Below, in pieces: positions 30,574 to 39,677 of a DNA stretch of 64,000 nt. The stretch lies in contig CBDCQT010000007.1 of assembly GCA_965220745.1 (NCBI GenBank), forward strand, positions 256,001-320,000, written 5' to 3'. Each line of letters begins with the position of its first letter. Position 1 is the first letter of the stretch. A program made the position numbers and the translations under genes. The stretch is from Alphaproteobacteria bacterium. GTDB lineage: Bacteria > Pseudomonadota > Alphaproteobacteria > UBA828. The notes under the pieces are model-generated. The model was not told the origin of the DNA. It worked only from the letters and a program-made list of their open reading frames with translations, and searched no databases.

Positions 30574-32529
30574 TCAGAGCGCGAGCGCGGCGCGGTGGCC
30601 GTCGTGGATGGCCGAGGCGGCGTCGCGCGGCAGCAGGCAGTCGCCGATGAGCGTGACCGGGACCCCGGCCTCCGCCAGATCGTCCGCAAGCTCGTCCCGC
30701 ACCGCGCGCGGCGTGGCATACGTGAGCAGCGCGACATCCTCGATAACCGTCTCGGCGCTGCTGATCACATGGCGGCAGGTGACCCGGTCTCCCATGCGCG
30801 CCACCGGCTCGGTGAGCCGGCGCACGTCGATGCCGAGCAGCGCCAGCCTGCGCTCGACCCCCATGCGCGACATCAGGTTCACGAAGCGCGCGTTCTCCGC
30901 CGCCGGGGTCAGCAGGACGACGCGCGAGAAGCGCTGCGCCAGAAGCTCCACCGCGCCGTAGACGGCGGGCGTTTGGTCCATGTCGAGCAGCACGGCGGTG
31001 CCTGGCGACGGCGGGTCGTCGCTCTCGGCGAGGTCCGCAACGGCCTGGCGCAGATCGACCGCGTCCGCGGCTTCGGCGAGCGCCGGCGGCCAGCGCATCT
31101 GGGAGCCGGTGGCGAGGATCACCGCGTCCGGCTCGCACGCCGTCACGGCCTGAGCGCTGGCGGTCTCGCCCCAGCGGAACGCGGCACCCGCCTCCGCCGC
31201 CTTGCGGTGCTGGAAATCGGCGGTCGTCGCCACCTCTGCCCGGCCCGGTAGGAGCGCCTCAATGCGTGCCGCGCCGCCCGGCCCGGCGCCCGCCGAGAAC
31301 ACGGTGACCGCATGGCCGCGTGCCGCCGCAACCCACGCTGCCTCCAGCCCAGCAAGCCCGGCACCGACCACCGCCACGCGCTTGCGCTTGTCGGCCGGCG
31401 GCGGCTGCCACCCGGACTCCTCTGCGCTCGCCAGCACCGGATTCTGGAAGCAGCGGATGGGTTTGCCCGCGTGAATCTCGCCCCAGCAATAGTTGCAGAA
31501 GGTGCAGGCGCGGATGTCGCCGGCGCGGCCGGCCTCCGTCTTGCGCGGCCAATCGGCGTCCGATATCAACAGCCGGCTGAAGCCGACCATGTCGCAGGCG
31601 CCCTCGGCAAGTGCCGTCTCTGCCGCTTCGGCGGATTCGATCCGGCCGAGGCCGATCACCGGGAGCCCGCCGCCGGCCGCGCGGAGCCGCGTGTGGAGCG
31701 GCAGGAACGGCCGGGGCGGGTAATGCATGTCGGGCAGATGGGTATCGAACGCGGGACCGAAGGCGCCCTGGCTGAAGGAGAGGTAGTCGAGCACGCCCTC
31801 GGCGGCAGCGACGCGAGCGATGCGCTCGGCTTCGTCGGGCTCGATCCCGCCCGGCACCCGCTCGTCCGCCGGCAGCTTGATCCCGACGATGAAGTCGTCG
31901 CCGCAAGCGGCGCGGACCGCCGCCATCACCTCGCGCATGAAGCGGGTGCGGCCCTCGAAGCTGCCGCCGTAGCCGTCCGTCCGGTCGTTGCAGGCGGGCG
32001 AGAGGAACTGCGCGATCAGGTATCCGTGCGCGCCGTGCAGCTCGACCCCGCTGAAGCCCGCGCGCTTCAGCCGCTCCGCGCTCTCCGCATAGCCGGCGAC
32101 GATGCCCGCAATCTCGTCTTCGGCCAGCGGCTTGGCGCTGTTCCAGTAGAGCGCCTCGGGCTGCGAGGACGCGCTGCGCGGCACGGACTCGAGGCCCCAG
32201 AGCTGCTGGCGGCCGATGTGGCCGAGCTGGCCGACCAGCCGGCAGCCGTGGCGTTCCACCGCCTCGGCCCAACGCGAGAGCCCGCCCAGGTTGGCTTCGT
32301 CGTGGATGCTCACCAGGATCGGCGCGCCGCTGCTGGTGGGATGGACGTTCATCAGCTCGGTCACGATCATCGCGGTGCCGCCGCGCGCCCGGGCCGCGTG
32401 GTAGGCGATCAGGCGATCCGTCACCGCGCGGTCCTTGCCGAGGCCGGTGACGGTGGCGGCATGGACGATGCGGTTGCGCAACTCGCGGGCGCCCACGGTG
32501 ATCGGGCTGAACAGGGTGTCGAAGGCCAT
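30574..32529 (-). CDS. NADH:flavin oxidoreductase (OYE barrel + 4Fe-4S + FAD domain; DCR/TMADH-like)
   Basis: LRNRIV, ELHGAHGYLIAQFLSP, RTDGYGGS, CTFCNYC...C, VVGAGLAGLEAA. Confidence 0.9.
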   Translation of the reverse strand: MAFDTLFSPITVGARELRNRIVHAATVTGLGKDRAVTDRLIAYHAARARGGTAMIVTELMNVHPTSSGAPILVSIHDEANLGGLSRWAEAVERHGCRLVGQLGHIGRQQLWGLESVPRSASSQPEALYWNSAKPLAEDEIAGIVAGYAESAERLKRAGFSGVELHGAHGYLIAQFLSPACNDRTDGYGGSFEGRTRFMREVMAAVRAACGDDFIVGIKLPADERVPGGIEPDEAERIARVAAAEGVLDYLSFSQGAFGPAFDTHLPDMHYPPRPFLPLHTRLRAAGGGLPVIGLGRIESAEAAETALAEGACDMVGFSRLLISDADWPRKTEAGRAGDIRACTFCNYCWGEIHAGKPIRCFQNPVLASAEESGWQPPPADKRKRVAVVGAGLAGLEAAWVAAARGHAVTVFSAGAGPGGAARIEALLPGRAEVATTADFQHRKAAEAGAAFRWGETASAQAVTACEPDAVILATGSQMRWPPALAEAADAVDLRQAVADLAESDDPPSPGTAVLLDMDQTPAVYGAVELLAQRFSRVVLLTPAAENARFVNLMSRMGVERRLALLGIDVRRLTEPVARMGDRVTCRHVISSAETVIEDVALLTYATPRAVRDELADDLAEAGVPVTLIGDCLLPRDAASAIHDGHRAALAL

Positions 32530-32599
32530 GGCGGGTTCCGTGCTGAAGGCTGCGGGCGGCGCAGTCTAGGTCAGTCGCCGCCTGGATGCAGGGGGGAGC

Positions 32600-34222
32600 A
32601 TGGCGGACGAGCATGATTTCGTCGTGATCGGCGGCGGCACCGCCGGCTGCGTGCTGGCCAACCGGCTTACCGCCGATCCGAAGACCAGCGTGGCCCTGCT
32701 GGAGGCGGGCGGCGAGGCCCGCCATCCCTTCATCCACATCCCGCTGATGGCGGGGCTCGTCTACTTCATGCGCTCGATCAACTGGAGCTACGAGACCGAG
32801 CCGGAGCCCCATCTCGACGGCCGCCGCATCCCCTGGCCGCGCGGCAAGGTGCTGGGCGGCACGTCCGCCATCAACGGCATGATGTACATGCGCGGCAACT
32901 GCCGGGATTATGACGGCTGGCGTCAGCTCGGCCTCGACGGCTGGGACTACGAGAGCGTGCTGCCCTACTTCAAGCGGGCCGAGGGGCACGGCTCCCGCCG
33001 CGACGCCTATCACGGCACCGACGGCCCGCTCTGCGTCAACCGCGCCGCCTCGAAGAACCCGCTCTACGGCGTCTTCCTCGAGGCCTGCGACGCGCTGGGC
33101 CTGCCGCGCAACGACGACTTCAACGGCGCGGTGCAGGAAGGCATGGGCCGGCAGGATTTTTGCGTCGACGGCGGGCGTCGCGTGAACACCGGCCATGCCT
33201 TCATCCTGCCGGTGCGCGAGCGGCCAAACCTGCGCATCGTGCTCCGCGCCCATGTCGAGCGGCTGCTCTTCGAGGGCCGGCGCTGCGTGGGCGTGGCCTA
33301 CCGCCGGGGCGGGCAACGGCACGAGATTCGTGCGCGGCGGGAGGTGATCCTCTGTGCCGGCACGATCAACTCGCCCCAGCTGCTGCAGCTCTCGGGTGTG
33401 GGCGCGCCGGATCACCTCGGCCCCCTCGGCATCGATGTTGTGGTTGAGAGCCCCGATGTCGGGCGCAACCTGCAGGACCACGCCGGCGTCTACGTGCAAT
33501 ACGCCTGCACGCAGCCGGTCGCGCTCTACGGCCTGCTGCGGCCGGACCGGGCGGCGATGGCCTGCCTCTGCGCCTACCTCTTCGGCACCGGCCCCGGCAC
33601 CTCCATCGCGCTGGAAGGCGGCGGCTTCGCGCGCAGCCGCGACGGGCTCGACGCGCCGGATCTCCAGGTCACCTTCATCCCCGGCCTCACCCTGGACGTG
33701 ACCCGCAAGAAGCAGGGCCGGCACGGCTTCCTCACCCACTGCTACCAGCTCCGGCCCGAGAGCCGCGGAGAGGTTCGCATCGCCGCAGCCGATGCATCCC
33801 GGCCGCCGGCGATCCACGCCAACACGCTCAGCGCCGAGACCGATCGCCGGGTGATGCGCGACGCGGTTCGCTTCGCGCGGCGGATCATGGCCCAGGCGCC
33901 GTTCGACCCCTACCGCGGCCACGAGATCGCACCCGGCGAGCGCGCGCAGGCAGACGACGAGATCGATGCCTGGATCAGGGCCAATCTCACCACTGTCTGG
34001 CACCCCGTCGGCACCTGCCGCATGGGCCAGGACGAGCGCGCCGTGCTGGACGCGGAGCTGCGCCTGCGCGGCGCGGAGGGGCTGCGGGTGGTCGATGCCT
34101 CGGTCATGCCGGTCATCACCAGCAGCAACACCGCCGCTCCCACCATCATGATCGCGGAGAAGGCGGCCGACATGATCCTGGGCAAACCGCCGCTCCCCGC
34201 CGAAGCCCCGGCAGGCGCCTGA
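32600..34222 (+). CDS. GMC oxidoreductase (choline dehydrogenase-like)
   Basis: GGGTAGCVLANRL, RGKVLGGTSAINGM, GRNLQDH, WHPVGTCRMG, SSNTAAPTIMIAEK. Confidence 0.93.
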   Translation: MADEHDFVVIGGGTAGCVLANRLTADPKTSVALLEAGGEARHPFIHIPLMAGLVYFMRSINWSYETEPEPHLDGRRIPWPRGKVLGGTSAINGMMYMRGNCRDYDGWRQLGLDGWDYESVLPYFKRAEGHGSRRDAYHGTDGPLCVNRAASKNPLYGVFLEACDALGLPRNDDFNGAVQEGMGRQDFCVDGGRRVNTGHAFILPVRERPNLRIVLRAHVERLLFEGRRCVGVAYRRGGQRHEIRARREVILCAGTINSPQLLQLSGVGAPDHLGPLGIDVVVESPDVGRNLQDHAGVYVQYACTQPVALYGLLRPDRAAMACLCAYLFGTGPGTSIALEGGGFARSRDGLDAPDLQVTFIPGLTLDVTRKKQGRHGFLTHCYQLRPESRGEVRIAAADASRPPAIHANTLSAETDRRVMRDAVRFARRIMAQAPFDPYRGHEIAPGERAQADDEIDAWIRANLTTVWHPVGTCRMGQDERAVLDAELRLRGAEGLRVVDASVMPVITSSNTAAPTIMIAEKAADMILGKPPLPAEAPAGA

Positions 34223-34369
34223 ACGCCACGCCGCACGTGGCCTTAGCCAGCGGTGCGGACGCACCGTTCTCCTCTCTTCATGCCCGGACTTGCCCCGACC
34301 ATTCACGTCGCCCGCGCCGCGCGGCAACCCAACGAGGAGTCTGCCATGATGGGGGCCGAGCCGGAGGCT

Positions 34370-34455
34370 CGGAGCGCGCAACTGCGCGCCGCGCCGAATG
34401 GCGCGTAGCCAAGCGAACGGAGTGAGCGCCCGGCGCCTGAGGGAAATGTAAGAGC
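34370..34455. repeat. Structured repeat family A, stand-alone copy
   Basis: 85 bp with 8 differences from 52511-52594; twin GC hairpins plus core GCGCCCGGCGnnTGAGGGAAATGwAAGAG; abuts the livM stop codon. Confidence 0.85.
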
Positions 34456-35520
34456 TTAGGACTGACGCCTGAGCGCGCCCTCGGCGGTGATGTCGCTCTT
34501 GAACGGCCAGTAGAGCTCGGCGTTCCGGGTGATCCCGCTGCGGCGGAAGATGATGATCAGCATCATCACCACGCCCACCACCACCCAGGTGCTGCTGGTG
34601 GGGAGCACGAAGCCGTCCTTGCCGAACATCCCGCTCTCCAGGTTCTTGAGCAGGTCGATCACCACGGTCAGCACCACGACGCCGACGACGGCGCCGGAGA
34701 GGCTTTGCATGCCCCCGATCACCAGCATCGCTAGCGTGATCAGCGTCAGGTTCAGGAAGAAGGTGTCGACCGTGAGCATCCCCAGGAAGTGGCCGAAGAG
34801 GCCACCCGCCATGCCACAGAAGAACGCGCTGATCACGAAGGCGAGCAGGCGCTGGCCTATGACGTTGACTCCGGCCGCCTTCGCCGCGACCTCATCGTCT
34901 CGCGACGCCCTTAGCGCGAGGCCGAATTTGGAGCGTGAATAGAAGAAGGCCGCGAAGATCGTGACCACCGCATAGCAGTAGGCGACCCAGGGCGTGGTCG
35001 TCTGTGGCAGTCCGATCACCGAGCTCGCGCCCGAGGTCCAGGTGCTCCAGCGCAGATAAACCGAATAGATGATCATCAGGAAGGCGAAGGTGCCGATGGA
35101 TGCGGCAATTCCCGATAATCGCATCAGCGCAATGCCCGCGATCAGGGCCACGAAGGCGCTCAAGAGCCCCGCCAGGAAGATCGCAAGCACGAAATGATGG
35201 CTGTTGTCCAACAGATAACCCGGCAGCCCCGGCATGAACATCTCGCGGGTGTAGGGACAGCAGGTCTGCCAGCCGGTGGCGTAGGCGCCGATCATCATGA
35301 AGCCGATGTGGCCGAACGACATGATCCCGGAGTTGCCAATGAACATGTAGAGCGCCACCACGATCACGATGCGGATCAGGCCCTCGGTCAGCGTCCGGGC
35401 CAGGATCCTGTCGTCGAGCGCGACCACGATCGCCGTGATGACGAGCAGCCCGATGCACAGGTTGACCACCGGCCAGAAGTGCCGGATGCGCTGCATGAGC
35501 GGGGTGGTGGCGTCGATCAT
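34456..35520 (-). CDS. Branched-chain amino acid-type ABC permease (LivM-like)
   Basis: SFGHIGF, FGLALRASRDDEVAA.AAG, VIGGMQSLSG. Confidence 0.9.
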   Translation of the reverse strand: MIDATTPLMQRIRHFWPVVNLCIGLLVITAIVVALDDRILARTLTEGLIRIVIVVALYMFIGNSGIMSFGHIGFMMIGAYATGWQTCCPYTREMFMPGLPGYLLDNSHHFVLAIFLAGLLSAFVALIAGIALMRLSGIAASIGTFAFLMIIYSVYLRWSTWTSGASSVIGLPQTTTPWVAYCYAVVTIFAAFFYSRSKFGLALRASRDDEVAAKAAGVNVIGQRLLAFVISAFFCGMAGGLFGHFLGMLTVDTFFLNLTLITLAMLVIGGMQSLSGAVVGVVVLTVVIDLLKNLESGMFGKDGFVLPTSSTWVVVGVVMMLIIIFRRSGITRNAELYWPFKSDITAEGALRRQS

Positions 35521-36437
35521 CACACCCGCTCTTTGAACGCCCTGGTTGGCACCAGCCCCTGGGGCCGGGCCAGCAGAATCACCACCACCAGGCCGAACAC
35601 GAAGGCGTCGCGGAAGCCCCGCATGCCCTCGGGCAGGATCGCGATCAGCACGGTCGAGAAGATCCCCACAACGTAGCCGCCGACCACGGCGCCGATCAGG
35701 CTGCCCATGCCGCCGATCACCGTGGCGATAAAGGCGTAGAGCATCAGGAAGACGCCGCCGCGGAAGCTCAGGATGCCGGTCTGCGTGTGGTACATCAGCG
35801 CCATGATGCCAGCGAGCGCGCCCGAGATGACGAAGGCGAGCGCGATCACCCGGGTCGCGTTGACCCCGAGCATCCGCGCCATCCTGAAGTCCTCGGCCGC
35901 GGCCCGCATCTCCACGCCGATCGGCGTGCGCCTCAGGAAGATCGTGAGCAGGATAAGCAGGATCCAGGTCACCGCCACGATCACGAGCTGCAGGATCGGC
36001 ACCTGCACCTTGTCCGAGAGCGGGATCACGCCGGTGAGCTCAGGCCACAAGCCAACCGCCTTCGGCCGCCCGCTGTAAATCATGATGATGAGGTTCTGGA
36101 TCGAAAAGCTGAGCGCCACTGAGGCGATCATCAGCACCGCAGGCGGCGCCGTCTGAATGTGCCGGAAGAGCAGGAAGTAGGAGGCGAGCGCCCAAACGAC
36201 CACCACGCCCACCACGCAGATGATCAGCGCCACCGGGTGGAAGTCGAGGATCAGCGGGACCGCGACGACCGCCGTCGCCGGCACGATCAGCGAGAACCCG
36301 CCCACCGTAATGAAGTCGCCGTGGGCGAAGTTGATCAGCCTGAGCACGCCGAAGAGCAGCCCGATACCCAAAGCGCCAAGGGCGTAGAAGCTCCCCAGGC
36401 TCAGGCTGGAGATGATGACCTGGACGACGACTTCCAT
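35520..36437 (-). CDS. Branched-chain amino acid-type ABC permease (LivH-like)
   Basis: INFAHGDF, GVEMRAAAED, IGGMGSLIGA, RPQGL. Confidence 0.92.
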   Translation of the reverse strand: MEVVVQVIISSLSLGSFYALGALGIGLLFGVLRLINFAHGDFITVGGFSLIVPATAVVAVPLILDFHPVALIICVVGVVVVWALASYFLLFRHIQTAPPAVLMIASVALSFSIQNLIIMIYSGRPKAVGLWPELTGVIPLSDKVQVPILQLVIVAVTWILLILLTIFLRRTPIGVEMRAAAEDFRMARMLGVNATRVIALAFVISGALAGIMALMYHTQTGILSFRGGVFLMLYAFIATVIGGMGSLIGAVVGGYVVGIFSTVLIAILPEGMRGFRDAFVFGLVVVILLARPQGLVPTRAFKERV

Positions 36438-37192
36438 CAGAAGGTCGCCTCGCCGGCGTGCTCCACACCTTCGGTGAAGCCGAAGTAGGCCTGGCGCACC
36501 TTCTCGCCGTCCTGCAGGTCCGCGGCGTCGCCTTCCAGCTGAATCTCGCCGCTGCGCAGCACGTAGATACGGTCCGCCGCCTTGATCGCGCGCTCCGAGC
36601 TCTGCTCGACGATCAGCAGCGTGAGTCCCCGGGATTCCCTCAGTTCAAGCAACACCTCGTAGACCCGGTCCACCAGGTTGGGCGCGAGCCCGAGCGAGGG
36701 CTCGTCGATGGTCATGATTCTGGGGTTGGTCAGAAGCGCCCGGCCGATCACCAGCATCTGCTGCTCGCCGCCGGAGAGCTTGCCCGCAGCCCCCCTGCGC
36801 CGCTCCGCCAGAACCGGGAAGAGCTCCAGCACCCGCTTGAAATCTGTCTCGATCTCGGCCCGGTCGCGGCGCATCCGGGTGCCGAGCCGCAGGTTCTCCT
36901 CGACGCTCAGCGTGGTGAAGACGTGCCGGCCTTCCGGCACCTGGGAGATGCCGTGCCGCGCCACCGCCTCCGGTGTGAGGCCGACGATGGACTGACCGTC
37001 GAAGTTGATCGTGCCCTGGGATGGCCGCAGGACGCCCGAGATGGTGAGCAGCGTCGTCGACTTGCCGGCGCCGTTGGGGCCGACGACACAGACGATCTCG
37101 CCCTCGCTGACGCCGATGGAGACGCCGCGCACGGCCGGAACCCGGCCATAGTGCACGTAGATGTCTTCGACTGAGAGCAGCATCCGCGTCAC
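36437..37192 (-). CDS. ABC ATP-binding protein (LivF-like)
   Basis: GPNGAGKS, VPEGRHVF, LSGGEQQML, DEPSLGLAP. Confidence 0.93.
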   Translation of the reverse strand: MTRMLLSVEDIYVHYGRVPAVRGVSIGVSEGEIVCVVGPNGAGKSTTLLTISGVLRPSQGTINFDGQSIVGLTPEAVARHGISQVPEGRHVFTTLSVEENLRLGTRMRRDRAEIETDFKRVLELFPVLAERRRGAAGKLSGGEQQMLVIGRALLTNPRIMTIDEPSLGLAPNLVDRVYEVLLELRESRGLTLLIVEQSSERAIKAADRIYVLRSGEIQLEGDAADLQDGEKVRQAYFGFTEGVEHAGEATF

Positions 37193-37944
37193 TCGTGGCC
37201 GAGGTAGGCGGCGATGACCGCTTCGTTGCTCTGTACCTCGGCAGGCGTGCCCCGCGCGATGGTGCGGCCGCTGTCAAGCACGTGGATTCGCTCGCAGACG
37301 CCCATGATGACCCGCATGTTGTGCTCGATCAGCAGCACGCCGCAGCCGAAGCGCTCCGGTATTTCGCGCACAAGGTGCATCACGTCGTCGCATTCGAGGT
37401 CGGACATCCCGGCCGCGGGTTCGTCCAGCAGGACAAAAGTGGGGTTCATCGCCAGCGCGCGGGCGATGCCGACCCGGCGCTCGTCGGTATAGGGCAGCAC
37501 GCCCGCCGGGTCTTGAGCCTGATCGGCGAGGCCGATCCACTCAAGAATCTCCATTGCCTGCGTATGCGCCTTGCGGCGGGAGAGGCCGAGGCTCACGCCG
37601 GCGACTTCGACGTTCTCGCTTACCGGCATGTCGCGGAAGAGGCGCCCAGCTTGGAAGGTGCGGGCCACGCCGTGTCGCCTGATCCAATGGGGCGTAAGCC
37701 TGGAGATCACCTTGCCGCCGAGCAGCACCTCGCCAGCGGCCGGCACCTGGAAGCCGGTCATGGCGTTGACGAGCGTCGTCTTGCCGGCGCCGTTGGGGCC
37801 GATGAGGCCTAGGATCTCGCCCTGGTGCAGGGTCTCGTCCACGCTGTCGACAGCGGTGAGGCCTTCGAAGCGGACCGTGACGCCGCGCGCTTCCAGCGTA
37901 TGGCCGTTCTGCGCTTCCGCCTTGGATCCGGCGTCTTCTGACAC
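37189..37944 (-). CDS. ABC ATP-binding protein (LivG-like)
   Basis: GPNGAGKT, GVARTFQ, LLDEPAAG, IEHNM, AYLG; GTG start at 37944 inferred. Confidence 0.9.
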   Translation of the reverse strand: MSEDAGSKAEAQNGHTLEARGVTVRFEGLTAVDSVDETLHQGEILGLIGPNGAGKTTLVNAMTGFQVPAAGEVLLGGKVISRLTPHWIRRHGVARTFQAGRLFRDMPVSENVEVAGVSLGLSRRKAHTQAMEILEWIGLADQAQDPAGVLPYTDERRVGIARALAMNPTFVLLDEPAAGMSDLECDDVMHLVREIPERFGCGVLLIEHNMRVIMGVCERIHVLDSGRTIARGTPAEVQSNEAVIAAYLGHE

Positions 37945-38083
37945 CAGCCACCCCCCGTTGCCCAAACCACTCCACGCGCCGCCGCGCGGACGATGCGGCC
38001 GCACGGGCGCCCGCACAGCCGCAGTTCCCTCGTTAGCTACCGAACGCCGGGTCGCGAATCAACGGGGAATTCGCATGGCGTTC

Positions 38084-38220
38084 TCGATCGGGCCTATGAA
38101 ATTCACTTGACCTTTTCGTCTGCGTTCGATCGGGCCTGTGACCGGCCCTGCAATCGGGCTTGCAAAAGCCGACGCCGCATTGACAATGCGTCGGTTTAGG
38201 GGGCTCGGCATTCCGCCGAG
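38084..38220. promoter_or_regulatory. Divergent control region of the Liv-type ABC system
   Basis: Direct repeat TCGATCGGGCCTRTGA at 38084 and 38126. Imperfect palindrome GCCGACGCCGCATT-GAC-AATGCGTCGGT (38168-38195) overlaps a candidate TTGCAA-16-GACAAT promoter. Confidence 0.45.
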
Positions 38221-38264
38221 TGCTTGGCACTTGCCATGAGACATTGAGAGGGAGGTCACTTCGG

Positions 38265-39482
38265 ATGAGAAAACTTGCATCAATCGCTGCGGCCGGCGCA
38301 CTTGCGCTGGGCGCGGTATCGGCCGCGCCGGCGGTGGCGGACGACCACGAGGTCGTCTTCGGCTTCGCCGCGTCGTATTCGGGCTGGATGCAGGCCTATA
38401 GCGGGCCCTCGACCAACGCCGCGTTGATCGCGATCGACGACTGGAACGCCAAGGGCGGCCTCCTCGGCAAGCAGATCAGGCCGGTCTTCGCCGACGCTAA
38501 GACCGAGCGCGCAGAAGGCGCCAAGGCCGGGATCTCCGTCATCAACGATGGCGCCATCGCCATGGCGGTGGACTGCGACTACGACTTCGGCGCGCCCGCC
38601 GCGCTGCAGGCGCAGAACGCAGGCCTGATTTCGATCTTCCTGTGTGCGGAGAGCGTGCTCGCCGGCATCCAGGGAATCGGCAAGTACTCGTTCTCGAGCT
38701 CGATCCTCGCCGCGGTGCAGGGTGCCACGATCGCCGAGTGGGGTTACAAGGTGAAGGGCTGGCGCACAGCCTACCTCCTGCTCGACGACATTCTCGAGTA
38801 CAACAAGGGCATCTGCTACGGCTTCGACTGGATGTGGCGCGAAGTGCTCGGCGGCGAGGTCGTCGGCCACGACGTCTACCAGAACGACGATCCCAGCATT
38901 CAGGCGCAAGTCGACCGCATCAGGGCGCTGCCCGAAGAGCCCGACATCATCGAGAACTGCAGCTACATTCCCGGCGGGGCGAGCGCGATCAAGCAGATCC
39001 GCGCGGCAGGTATCACTGCCCCCATCGGCGGCGGCAGTTCCATGACGGGCGTCTACTGGCAGGATTCAGTGCCTGGTCTCTCCGGCCACTTCGTGCCCGA
39101 GCAGGCCTCGATCTATGGCGACGATCCGCGCCCGGCGGTGCAGGAGTTCCTCAAGAAGTACGAAGCCAAGTTCGGCGAGCCCGTGAACAACCAGTACGCC
39201 TTCCCTGGCTACGTGGTCTTCGAGATGTGGGCCAAGGCCGTCGAGAAGGCCGGCACCTTCGATTCCGACGCCGTCGTTGAGGCGCTGGAGAGCTTCCGCG
39301 AGGAGCCGGTGCTGGTCGGCACGCGCACCTTCACGGACCAGCTCCACCATCAGAACTTCGCGCCGTACCTGATTGTGGAGACCACCAACAATCAGCCGGC
39401 GGTCATCGACTCCTGGACCATTTCGGAGCCGGTGCCCATGGATGTGCTGTTCGGCAAGCGTTACGAGTACATCGCCCGCTGA
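38265..39482 (+). CDS. ABC substrate-binding protein (LivJ/Peripla_BP_6-like)
   Basis: Signal peptide MRKLASIAAAGALALG...AVA, WNAKGGLLGKQI, KAVEKAGTFD; GGAGG RBS. Confidence 0.9.
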   Translation: MRKLASIAAAGALALGAVSAAPAVADDHEVVFGFAASYSGWMQAYSGPSTNAALIAIDDWNAKGGLLGKQIRPVFADAKTERAEGAKAGISVINDGAIAMAVDCDYDFGAPAALQAQNAGLISIFLCAESVLAGIQGIGKYSFSSSILAAVQGATIAEWGYKVKGWRTAYLLLDDILEYNKGICYGFDWMWREVLGGEVVGHDVYQNDDPSIQAQVDRIRALPEEPDIIENCSYIPGGASAIKQIRAAGITAPIGGGSSMTGVYWQDSVPGLSGHFVPEQASIYGDDPRPAVQEFLKKYEAKFGEPVNNQYAFPGYVVFEMWAKAVEKAGTFDSDAVVEALESFREEPVLVGTRTFTDQLHHQNFAPYLIVETTNNQPAVIDSWTISEPVPMDVLFGKRYEYIAR

Positions 39483-39578
39483 ACGAGCGTGGAACGATAG
39501 CGCCCGCTAGGCGGGTGTAACGACGGGAGGGGGCTGCGGCGCCAGCGTTTTAGCCTCGCTCCTCCGCGTTGAGACCAT

Positions 39579-39610
39579 CGCCCCGTCCGGGCAACCGGGC
39601 GGGGCGTTTC
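39579..39610 (+). terminator. Probable intrinsic terminator downstream of the SBP gene
   Basis: CGCCCCGTCCGG-GCAA-CCGGGCGGGGCG followed by TTTCCTT. Confidence 0.55.
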
Positions 39611-39677
39611 CTTGCCGTGCGCTTGGGCGAACGCGTGCTATCGTCGGCTCGGAAAGACTCGGGTTCGGAGAGTATCG

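Noticed and set aside
31259-34381. 1040-aa minus-strand ORF and other long ORFs (9523-12297 extension, 10237 start, 42255-44234, 44632-47115, 28425-30311, 21071-22810)
   Set aside because: Antisense or off-frame shadows of well-supported genes in high-GC DNA; no family motifs of their own.
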